A model generated the notes under the pieces. The model did no database searches. It saw only the letters and a program-made list of their open reading frames with translations, and was not told where the DNA came from. Shown one piece after another: positions 9,822 to 20,176 of a stretch of 64,000 bases of DNA. Made by a program: the position numbers and the translations under genes. Source of the DNA: Selaginella moellendorffii (Eukaryota > Plantae > Lycopodiophyta); assembly GCF_000143415.4 (NCBI RefSeq), contig NW_003314277.1, positions 1,074,868 through 1,138,867 of the forward strand. Reading direction: 5' to 3'. Numbering within the stretch: position 1 is the first letter of the stretch; each line of letters begins with the position of its first letter.

Positions 9822-12788
9822 ATGTCTTTGCGGCAGCGCGAGCTATGGCTGCTGCTGCTTGATCGAGGAGGAGGACGAGCGATTGTCCGCCACTACACCG
9901 CCAGGAGCTTCCCCAGCGGTAAGCCAGAGCGCGAGCACCTCACGCCCGATTTCGTGCGTCGCGCTGATCTGGTGACCTCGATTGTGGAGACGATCAAGGA
10001 CGTGAGGCTCGACGGCAGCTCCTGGTCTGTCCATAATATCCGCAATGTGCTCGGCCCCGTCCACGGCCAGGTGCTTGGATCCCACGTCGCAGCGGTGCTG
10101 CGATCGCTCAAGGTCACTGGGACGGCTATCAGTTTCTTCCGATGGGCTGGAGAACAGGCCGGATTCCAGCACGATGTCTTCACTTACAATTGCCTCATGA
10201 ATCTCCTGGTGGCCGAGAAGAACTACTCGCAGTGCTACGCGATCCACGAGGAGATGCTCAAGGCCGGGATCGCGCCCAACACTTTCTCCTTCAACATCTT
10301 GATCCGGAGCTTCGCCAGGACGCGCCGGGCCGACGACGCTGTGACGTGCTTCGAGATCATGAAGAGGAAGAGGTGTAAGCCCGACTTGCATACGTTTCTG
10401 ATCCTTGTGGATTGCCTGTGCAAGGCTGGGATGGACGAGAAGGCTTTCGAGGTTTTTCACGAGATGATGGCAATGGGATTTGTTCCTCCGGATCGGGCAC
10501 TTCACACCGCGATGGTGAGAACGCTGCTCAAAGCGAAAAGAGTGAAGGAAGCTCGAGAGGTTTTCGGACAGATGGAGAAATGTGGCTTCCCTCCCGACGC
10601 TATTGCTTACAACACAATGATCGACGGGCTCGCCAAAGCTGGCCATGCACAAGAAGCTCTCAAGGTTCTCGACAATATGCTCGCGAAAGCTTGCGTTCCA
10701 ACAGAAGTCACGTATGGGATTCTAGTGAACAGTCTTTGCAAGGCAGGAACCTTGGAACGGGCCGAGGAGCTGTTCCGAGTGATGGCAGCTAGTGGTTTTC
10801 GGCCGAATTCAGTCATCTACACGTCTCTCATCCACGGATTCGCAAAGTCGGGAAGAATGAAAGAGGCTTGCTCTCTCTTTGACGAAATGGTGGAGGCCGG
10901 GTACCGTCCAGACGTGATCACCCACACGGTTATGATAGACGGGCTGTGCAAGTCGGGAAACTTTGAGCAAGCTGCAAAGAGCTTTGAGGAGATGATGCGA
11001 GGCGGGTGCAAGCCAAACGTGGTGACTTACACGACGATCATCCAGGGCCTCAGCAAGATCGGGAGAGTGGCCAATGCTTTCAGGATTATGAAAGGGATGA
11101 TAGCTCATGGATGTTTTCCAGATTCTGTGACGTACATTTGCCTTCTCGATGGCTTCTGCAAGCTCGGGAGGCTCGACGAGGCTGCCCAGCTCTTGGACGA
11201 GCTTGACAAATGCTCCAGCTCTCCAAACTTACAGCTCTACTCGTCACTTGTAAATGGACTGTGCGATGGTGGCAGCGTTGAGAAGACACTCGACGATCTA
11301 TTCGAGCAGAGCAAAGCCGCAGCAGAAACCTTGGATCCCGGCCTGTGCTGCAGCATCATCGTCGGGTTGTGTAAGACCGGCCGGCTCGACGAAGCTTGCA
11401 GGATTTTCCAGAGAATGGTGTCGGAAGGATGCAAGCCCGACGCAACGACTTACAACATCCTGATCAACGGGCTGTGCAGGAGCCGAGAGAACCGAGTGGA
11501 GCGGGCATTCGCTTTGCTCCACGACCTCGAGAAGGTTGGCTACTTGCCAGACGCCGTGACTTACACCCCGCTTTGCATCGGCCTGTGCAAGATTGGCGAA
11601 GTTGACAGAGCTGTGAAGATGCTCGAGGAGGCGTCTAGCCGGGGTTGGAACGCCGACGTAGTGGCTTACACTGCTCTATGCACCGGCTTGTGCTATCAAG
11701 GCCAAGTCGATCGAGCAGTGAGCTTGTTCCAAGAGATGGTCCGCCAGGGTGGTGCTCCGGACGCTGCTGCCTATTGCTGCATCATCAACGGGCTGATCAA
11801 GGTGAAGAAACTGGAAGACGCTTGCAAGTTCTTCGACGAGATGATCGGCAAAGGCCAGAAGCCGACGGTTGCTACGTACACGGCACTCGTCCAGGCGCTG
11901 TGCCATGCCGGGAACGTCGACGAGGCGTTCCACAGGTTCGAGAGCATGCTTGCTCGGGGCGAGCTTGTTGGAAGCGTCATGATCTACGACGCTCTCATCC
12001 ACGGCTTTTGCAAGGCGTTGAAAGTGGACGCGGCGCTTAAGCTGTTCGAGGACATGATCTCCAGAGGCAACGTTCCCACTGCCGTCACATCCGCTTCGCT
12101 GTTTGATGGCCTGGTGAGGTCCGGGAAGACTGAGAAGGCCCAGGAGCTTTTACAGGAGATGGCTGCTGGCGGCTCTCCTCCTCATGCTGCTACTTTCACA
12201 GCGATCTTGGACGGACTTCGCAAGTCGGACGAGTCTGGCAAGCTGCTAAAGTTGGTCCAGGAAGATGGAAGCAGCAGCAGCAAGCAAGAAGCTGGAAGCG
12301 CTGTTGAAAGTCCAGGCCCGAGGAATGGTGACAGTCCAGAGAGGGAGGAACAGGATGAACGAGCTGGTAGTCATGATGGAAGTCTCATGCCGGATCAAAG
12401 CTCTACAAGAGACTGTGACGACCTGGACGGCGACTTGAGAAAGGAACAGGACGAGCAAGCTGTGGGCGATGATGAAAAGCTCTTACAGAATGAAAGCTCT
12501 GGCTTTCATGATGGGGACGACGAAAGCCATCAAAGTTTTGGAAGAAATGGTGGCGAATCTCCTGGAAAAGAGAGTGAAAAAGCTGTCGAAAGCCTCTCGG
12601 TGGATCGAAGTTTTATGCCTGATACAGAGGGGGATCAAAGCGAGAACTCTCAAGCTCCATGCCCCGAGACAAAGGATGGAGAGGAGGAACTCTTACGTTC
12701 TACTGATGACGATGAAAAACACACAGGCTCTTCACTCCACTCTAAGTTGTCAAGGCCGAAACGTCGGTGGCTTCCTTTTGGTGTATGA
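9822..12788 (+). CDS. P-class pentatricopeptide repeat protein (single exon, 988 aa) with an acidic C-terminal tail
   Basis: About 20 tandem 35-aa repeats (e.g. VVTYTTIIQGLSKIGRVANAFRIMKGMIAHGCFPD). Arg-rich N-terminus resembles a transit peptide. No E/DYW domain. Confidence 0.96.
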   Translation: MSLRQRELWLLLLDRGGGRAIVRHYTARSFPSGKPEREHLTPDFVRRADLVTSIVETIKDVRLDGSSWSVHNIRNVLGPVHGQVLGSHVAAVLRSLKVTGTAISFFRWAGEQAGFQHDVFTYNCLMNLLVAEKNYSQCYAIHEEMLKAGIAPNTFSFNILIRSFARTRRADDAVTCFEIMKRKRCKPDLHTFLILVDCLCKAGMDEKAFEVFHEMMAMGFVPPDRALHTAMVRTLLKAKRVKEAREVFGQMEKCGFPPDAIAYNTMIDGLAKAGHAQEALKVLDNMLAKACVPTEVTYGILVNSLCKAGTLERAEELFRVMAASGFRPNSVIYTSLIHGFAKSGRMKEACSLFDEMVEAGYRPDVITHTVMIDGLCKSGNFEQAAKSFEEMMRGGCKPNVVTYTTIIQGLSKIGRVANAFRIMKGMIAHGCFPDSVTYICLLDGFCKLGRLDEAAQLLDELDKCSSSPNLQLYSSLVNGLCDGGSVEKTLDDLFEQSKAAAETLDPGLCCSIIVGLCKTGRLDEACRIFQRMVSEGCKPDATTYNILINGLCRSRENRVERAFALLHDLEKVGYLPDAVTYTPLCIGLCKIGEVDRAVKMLEEASSRGWNADVVAYTALCTGLCYQGQVDRAVSLFQEMVRQGGAPDAAAYCCIINGLIKVKKLEDACKFFDEMIGKGQKPTVATYTALVQALCHAGNVDEAFHRFESMLARGELVGSVMIYDALIHGFCKALKVDAALKLFEDMISRGNVPTAVTSASLFDGLVRSGKTEKAQELLQEMAAGGSPPHAATFTAILDGLRKSDESGKLLKLVQEDGSSSSKQEAGSAVESPGPRNGDSPEREEQDERAGSHDGSLMPDQSSTRDCDDLDGDLRKEQDEQAVGDDEKLLQNESSGFHDGDDESHQSFGRNGGESPGKESEKAVESLSVDRSFMPDTEGDQSENSQAPCPETKDGEEELLRSTDDDEKHTGSSLHSKLSRPKRRWLPFGV

Positions 12789-12900
12789 GAGATCTTGGAA
12801 ACCATCAACTCGGATCCTGATAGCTCCATCATCTCAAACCTGTGAGAGCTCGTTCGATTGCTCTTTCGCTCGCTCGCTCGGCCCTTGAAACGATTGCTCG

Positions 12901-14322
12901 TCAAACTTTGTACATCTCCTCGATGCTCCTCTTCATCTTCTTGGTGCCCCGAGGCTTCTCGATCGGCTTGTTCATCCCGGCCATCTTGTTGTTGTACTGC
13001 GCACGAAACTTGTCATTGGAGCTCCACCTGAAAGGCCGGAAAAACTTCGATTAGAACGAATCAAAGGCGAGGGAAGAACAAACTCACGGCGTGTCCCATC
13101 GCGTCGTGTCCTCGTTCACGAGATCCGTCCACTTCACTCGCCCACTGCGGCCAAAGTTCTTGACTTGCATCACTTTCGGGAGTATGCTCTTGTTGAGCTT
13201 GTCCTCTCCAGTCGGCTCCGAGTAGTCCCGCTTGTAAATGTCGTTCCCTCCAGGGACAGCCGGATCCTTGTCGTCGGACATGAAGAACACTCCCTTGTGA
13301 TAGTACTTTTGCATGTACTTCCACTTCTTCTTCGGAGCCGGGGCCTCCTTCGGGTTCTTCCGATCGTACTCCTTGCGTTCTTCCTCGCTCATCTTCCTCA
13401 GCCTCTCGATCTCCTCCTTCTCCTTGTTGGCGTTCTCCTTCTCGTCCCTCTCTCGCTTTATCCGCGCGATCTCTCTCGCCTTCCAGGCCTCGTACTCTTC
13501 TTGCCCGTTGGTCTCGTCGTCGGTGTTAACTTCGTCACCATTCGTGTCCGTCACCTTGTTCTTCTCGCGCTCTTCCTCCTTCCGGATCTCTTCCACCAGG
13601 AGGTGCTTGGACTCGATCTTCCGCAGCTCCAGCTTCTTCTTCCAATCCTCCATCATCGCAATCTCCTCCGCCTCGAGCCGCTCGCGTTCCGCGATAGTCT
13701 CCCGGTCGGACTTCCTCACGAAAGTTGGCTTCATCATCGGCATCCCTCCCAGCTCGTCCTCCGAGTCGGTCTCTTCCTCCTCCTCGTCTTCCTCGTCTTC
13801 TTCCTCTTCGCCATCCTCTTCATCCTCCTCCGTGGCGGCAGCGGCGGCCTCCTCCTCCTCCTTTTGCTTCTGTAGAATCCTTTCCCTGTTCTTCTTCCGC
13901 CGCTCCTCCACCGCCTCCTCGTCCTCCACCTCCTCCGCTCCAGCATCTCTAGCGCCCGACTTCTCTTCCTGGCGGGTGGACACGATCTCCGCCTGCCGGA
14001 TCTCTCTGTGCCTCGCCACCGCCTCATCGCGGTTCCTCCGGCTCTCGGCCAGCCGCCGGAGCCGAGGATCATCCTCCGCCCTCGCAGCGGGTCTAGCGGC
14101 AGCAACCTCCTTCTCGTCCACCGGAGCTTTCGATTTCTCTGGCTCCGGCTTCTTCTTCTTCTTCTCGAAATTCTCCTCCTCTTCTTCCTCCTCCTCCTCC
14201 TCGGCCGCCCATTCTGGCTTCTTGCCCGGCCAGTAGCGCTGGACCTTGGTCTGGCCGATCTTCCCTCGCAGCTTTTCCCTCACGGCTATGGCGACGTCTG
14301 TCACTCCCGCCGAGACTGACAT
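12901..14322 (-). CDS. MFAP1: Microfibrillar-associated protein 1 (spliceosomal B-complex factor)
   Basis: Motifs MSVSAGV...RYWPGKKPEW, EYEAWKAREIARIKR, YMQKYYHKGVFF, LPKVMQVKNFGRSGRVKWTDL. A GT-AG intron at 13028-13087 leads to a last exon WSSNDKFRAQY...MYKV* (TGA 12901-12903). Confidence 0.95.
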
Positions 14323-14405
14323 CGTTCTTGCTCGATCGAAATCCCTCCCACTGTGCTAAGATCTAGGCGAGTACCTGGTTCGTGTAGCCCATTCCAAGCG
14401 CCAGG

Positions 14406-14419
14406 AACCCTAACCCTAA
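14406..14419 (+). promoter_or_regulatory. Telo-box in the MFAP1/UBA5 divergent promoter
   Basis: aaccctaaccctaa. Similar AACCCTA/TAGGGTT motifs lie just upstream of most genes here (~9700, 16918, 22840, 22966, 24069, 24112, 30422, 32422). Confidence 0.6.
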
Positions 14420-14453
14420 TTGTAAAACCTTTCCTCTTTACTCTTTCTTCGTC

Positions 14454-16555
14454 ATGGCGTCTGGCAGCAAGCTCAAGGCGCTCATCGATGCTGCTGACGA
14501 TCTTCTCGCCGATCCCGCGGCAGCGTCCTCGGATCTACTCCGCGAATCGATCAATCAGGTTCGTATGTGTTTTTGCGTGATCTAGAAAGAGATTAGAGCG
14601 TTTTTGTTCGTGTAGCTCAAGAAGAATGTGGAGAAACTGGATGCTTTGTCGCAGAGAGATCCAGATCTACCCGCTCGACAGAAAATTCAGGTGTGAAATT
14701 CTTTTTTTTTGGCGTTTATTGTCGCGTGATTCTTTCTTTGGTTAGAACATGAGTGCCGAGGTCGTGGGAAGTAATCCTTACAGCAGGTTGATGGCTCTCA
14801 AACGCATGGGAATAGTGAATAACTATGAGAAAATTCGGGATTTTTCAGTAGCGATTGTGGTGAGCATTGTCTTTCCTTGTTGTTGAGCTTGTCAAACTCT
14901 TCTCTTTTTTTTTCTCAGGGTGTTGGAGGAGTTGGAAGTGTTGCAGCGGAGATGCTCACTAGATGTGGAATAGGCCGCCTCCTTCTCTATGACTACGACA
15001 CTGTGGAACTCGCCAACATGAATCGTCTTTTCTTCCGTCCCGAGCAAGTACTGTCGTTTTGAGTGATCTTCTGAGTTCCTTTTCTGTGTTCTTCGTTTTA
15101 GGCAGGCCTATCGAAAACGGATGCTGCCGTGCAAACCTTGACCAGCATCAATCCGGATGTTGTTTTGGAGGTAAAGCTTTTCTGGTAATGACCAAATGAC
15201 CAAAGCTCTCCAGCCTGCTGCAGGGGTATAAGCTCAACATTACGACAGTGGAAGGATTCGGGAGCTTTATGGAGAGTCTTGCACGACCTTTCAAGGAGAA
15301 ATCGAGTGCTTCTCCGAGTGGAGTTGATCTCGTTCTTAGTTGTGTGGACAACTACGAAGCACGTATGGTAGTAAATCAGGTAAAGCTTTTTCTTGGTTTT
15401 GTGTTGAAGCTTTTCTCATGTTTCCTTGTGCTAGGCCTGTAACGAGCTTGGGCAAACTTGGATAGAGTCAGGTAAAGCTAATACATCTTTTCAAGGTGGA
15501 GCCACATAATTTTTGGAACAGGAGTTTCTGAGGATGCTGTCTCTGGTCATATACAGCTTTTGATTCCTGGCGAAACAGCCTGTTTTGCTTGTGCACCCCC
15601 GCTGGTAAGACTTTCCAGATTTTCTATTCCTTGCATTCATGCGTGGCTTCAGGTGGTCGCATCTGGAATTGATGAGCGAACGCTTAAACGTGAGGGAGTC
15701 TGTGCTGCTTCTTTGCCAACCACGATGGTGTTATTGCGGTTACGGTTTCATTCGTCTCCGTCTTGACCCTTTGGAATGTTTTGCAGGGAATTGTTGCGGG
15801 TCTACTGGTCCAAAGTACGCTCAAATATCTGTTGGAGTTTGGACAAGTGTCGAGATACCTGGTAAGTGGATCATTTACTTCTCTTCGCTATCCAGTTCTT
15901 AAAGAGCTGCGTATATCAGGGCTATAGCGCACTCAAGGATTTCTTTCCAACGATGGAAATGAAGCCCAATACCCAGTGCACAAATGCTGCCTGTGTGGAG
16001 CGTCAGGTAGGCATTAATTACGAGGAAAGCAAAGTCGACCGATCGAGAGATGTGTTGAATTTCTGTACAGCATGAATACGTGAAAAAGAAGCCCGAGAGA
16101 GACGCTCTTGCGAGAGCCAAAGCCGAGGCGGATCGAGCAGTACAGGATGTTGCACCCCTTCACGAGGACAACGAGTGGAACATCACGTAAGTTTTCTTCT
16201 TCTCGTTTCTTCTTCGTTGTTTGGTTTTGCGCTCTCGGGCTTACTCCTCCTGTTTGGTTTCATCGCAGCGTAATGGACGACGACGACGACAAAGACGTGT
16301 TTTTGGATGCTCAAACGACGCCGAATTCGCGTAAGTTCTTCGTTTTCTCATTCCTTCTCTCCAGAGATCTTGCGAGGGAAATCTCATACGTTGGCGATGT
16401 GTGCAGAGATTCTTCCCGAGGGATTTCTGCGAGAGCTCCCAGACGCGGACGATGCGTTTCGCAAACTTGATGAGGCATTTGTTGGTGGAGCCGCAGCGCA
16501 AGATAACGATCTAGAAGAGTTAGAGCGGCAGCTCCAGGCTCTAAACTCGGATTAG
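14454..16555 (+). CDS. UBA5: UFM1-activating E1 enzyme (multi-exon)
   Basis: Exons encode [87 protein letters not shown] and C-terminal [12 protein letters not shown]. Confidence 0.95.
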
Positions 16556-17130
16556 CTTTAGCTTAAATGCGATGTCTTTGGCACTAACCAAACCCCCCCA
16601 ACGTTCCAAAATTTGAAAGGCGACAGGAGTAAAATTTGAAAATTTAACCCTGTGTCGCCGGTAGCACTTCCCGGCACGCCGGCAAAGCGGTCACGCGTGC
16701 GTTTGGGCTTTCCGGCCATTAATCCCGGCCGGCAGGTAACCGTTGCCAAAATTGCCACTGCCCGTCAAAGGCCTTTGGAAAGCCGCCCGTCGCTGCCCGT
16801 CACCGCCCTTCCCATCGAGCAAATACCGTTCTGTGGGCACTCGGATCCACCGTCCGTCCCCCAATCTTTCGAATCTCCACCGTTAGATCCGCCAGGTATG
16901 GACGCGAGCTAAGGAGCTAGGGTTTCGTTTGGTAGCGAGCATGGGGCGCCATGGAGTTTCTAGGGTTTGTAGCGCCTGCTGGGAGCTGAGATTGCGGCAG
17001 GCGCCTTGGCGCGGGTGTCCCGGGGCCTTGGATTTCGATTTCCAGCATAGATCTTTGCAGCTTACTTGAGCCGGGGCATAGATTTTCAACAGGTATGGTA
17101 GAAATCGCAATTAGGAGCAGTAGCAGATAG

Positions 17131-20004
17131 ATGGCATCGAGCAAGGTCAAAGGCAGCAACAGCACGACTGATGATCCGCCCCACTCCTCCATTTGTTCCT
17201 CTGGAGCGGACACGGACGACGATGCGACGAATCAATTGCCTCCGGTGCAGGGGTATGGCTTGGATTTCTCGTGAATTGGCTTGATTTTGGGATTCTGTCC
17301 AGGCGAATTGGCGGGCCAACGAGGAGATCTTCCAAAGGAGGCTGGACCGCTGACGAGGTGATTGAATTATCCATTAGTACCGTTTGGTTCTTCCAGGACT
17401 TTTGTTTTTTAATCTAATTTTATTTCTTCGTCCAGGATGATGTTCTGAGACGAGCTGTGCAATGTTTCAAGTCGAAGAATTGGAAAAAGATTGGTATGTT
17501 GTGTCGATCTGATGCTTTCAGTTCTGTGCTCAACGACGTCTTTGGTTTGTTTCCAGCCGCGTTTTTCAAAAATCGTACCGATGTGCAGTGCTTGCATCGG
17601 TGGCAAAAGGTTTTAAATCCCGACCTTGTGAAGGGTCCGTGGACGAAAGAGGTGAGAAGAACAACAACTAGTTGATACTAGCCGTGAAGTTTGCTCATTT
17701 TTGGTTCTTTGTAGGAGGATGATAGGATAATTGAGCTGGTGAACAAGTATGGTGCTAAGAAATGGTCAGTCATTGCGCAAAACTTGCCTGGACGGATCGG
17801 AAAGCAGTGTCGAGAGAGATGGCACAACCATCTTAATCCTAATATCAAAAGGGATGCTTGGACTCAACAGGAAGATCTTGCTCTAATTTATGCACACCAA
17901 CGCTACGGAAACAAATGGGCCGAGATAGCGAAGTTTTTACCCGGAAGGTAGGTGCTCCTGCTTCTGTTGAATAATCGGCCTGACTTCCGCATTTACAGGA
18001 CGGACAATTCCATCAAGAATCACTGGAACAGTACCATGAAGAAGAAGGTTGATCCAGCACTTGCAAATGACCCGATTTCGAAAGCCCTCGCAGACTATCA
18101 ACTTCAAATGGAGGCTAAGCAGGCACAAGCGGTCCCAAGGCCTCCGCATCCCAAAATTCCTCTGGCTCCCGGCTTTGATCCATCGCTTCGACAGAAAAGG
18201 ATTGCGTCTACGGAACCCGGACTGATTTCTCAGCCACCTTCGGGATTGTATCCTGCGTATTATTTGTCGGGAGAGTGCTCCATGGACGCAGCCAGTCAGC
18301 CTACAACGGAAGATCTAGCTCAGTCCAACTCGCTCGACGTTTCGACTGCGACAGAACCATCTGCAGCGGCATATGGACAGGATCAGAATATGGTTGAGCA
18401 CTTTGAACCGGTTTTCTCATCGCTGAACGAGATGAAGCTCGAAGAAAGTGCCGGGGAAGGGACTACCAAAGCAGATGCCTCACAAGAAATTACCGAGGAA
18501 CAGGATCTTCTTTTCTACGAACCGCCTCGCCTGGCCAGCTCGGACTTGCCTTTTATGAACTATGACCTCAGCAGTGCGCATGAAGAGTACAGTCCTCTCG
18601 GGGTGAGACAGATGATAATGCCGTTCGTGAATTGTACAACACCGTTCACGTACTCTCCATCCAGCTTCACCAGTCCCCAAGAAAAGCTGAGGTCTGCTGC
18701 AAAGAGTTTTGGAGGAACGCCTTCTATATTGCGAAAGAGACCGAGGCAGCTCTTGAGTCCTTCGCAGGCTGGTGGTGGTGACGGAGCCAAGTTTGCAGAG
18801 CCAAGGCTGACGGATAATGCTGGGAATGCGGCCAGCAAAGCGGAAGGCAGCGCGGTTTTACTGTCTCCTCCTTACAACGTTTCTTCAAAGTTGTCTTCAA
18901 TATCAGAGGCAAATGATATTGGAGTGGACGAATTTCGAAGACTCAGGCAGCACTTCCAGGCATGCAGCGCTGATATCAACGCAGAGTGCAGTAAAGGCGA
19001 CTCCGAGGAATCTGCTCGTGGAGAAGGAGAGGTTAAGTCGAAGAGGGGAAGACTTGGCGATGGTGGTGATGCCTCAAGCGAGAAGCAACAAATCCAGGTA
19101 TTCTACTCTCTTCTTACTGCCCTGTTTGTATTGTTTTTATGACATTTTGTCGGCAGCAAACATCGTCCTCTGATCGGCCTCTTCTGTTGGATCCTGGAGA
19201 ATCACCGCCACCCCATAAAGCGAAGGGAAAAGCAAAGCTGACGATCAAAACTCCTAGCCGGCTTGGCGTCTTGGGTCAGAGCACACTGAACTCCGCTAAT
19301 AAATGGCAAGTCATGTTTCTTTCTTTCTTTCTTTGCTTGGTACAGTTTTAACCGGAATGCGTGCAGTGATCGTTTCTTCAGCGGTTTGTCACCACTTTCG
19401 AAGTCTCCGTGGAGGCTTGATTCGTTCCTCTCCTTGGGAAAGGATGGCTCGCCTTCGCTTCTTCAGGTGTGCAAAGATTTTCTTGCAAGGATTTAGAGAG
19501 TCTCGCTAACGGTCTTTCTAGCAGGGGATGAATTTGCCAATGGATGGTGGAGGAGACGACGCGCTGGGCATTATGATGCACCTGAGCGAGCATGCTGCCA
19601 CAGCGTACTCGGACGCTGAGGAGGTGCTGGCCAAGGTACCGTCCTCTGAAAGCGCGGTCACCCCCATTCCACTTCGTAAGATGCGAATGGATGAAAACAT
19701 TTTCTCTCACGACTCCAAGGAGAACATGACAGAGTCGGATGACAACGCAGGGGGCACCTCGGGATCGTTACTAAGTTGGCTCCTCGTAAGTTTTGCTCGT
19801 CCTTCTCTCTACATCTCTTTCCCAACTTGGCTTAAGTAGTAATCTGCCTTGCAGCCTTTCCAAGCGGAGATTTGCTCGCCAAACATGGACCTGACGAACT
19901 TGCTCCGCGGACCACTGGCAGCCGACGACACGGGCCAAGCTGCTGCGGCGGGGCTGCTGGATCCATTCAGTCCGTCCATGTATCTCTTGAAAGAGTACCG
20001 GTAA
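17131..20004 (+). CDS. MYB3R: Three-repeat MYB transcription factor (R1R2R3-MYB)
   Basis: R1 RRSSKGGWTADED...NRTDVQCLHRWQKVLNP, R2 LVKGPWTKEED...GRIGKQCRERWHNHLNP, R3 AWTQQED...[25 protein letters not shown]. Also LFYEPPR, EYSPLGVRQ, LRSAAKSFGGTPSILRKR and C-terminal SPSMYLLKEYR*. Confidence 0.96.
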
Positions 20005-20176
20005 TTTATCATCATATACCTCTAAATCTCTCAGCTTCCAGGTTCTCTGTTTCCTCTCGAGGAAAGGTATGTACCCATTTTTGTGTAAATGTAGCAGCGC
20101 TCATACTGGTTTTTAAGCGTGACTTTCTATCTGTATTTACTCACTCTCTCTTTTCTCGCTAATGACACACGGTTTG

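Noticed and set aside
13165-14236. Long plus-strand Ser-rich and Leu-rich ORFs
   Set aside because: They are antisense shadows of the Glu/Lys-rich MFAP1. The same applies to ORFs opposite the PPR, CEP120 and epsin genes.
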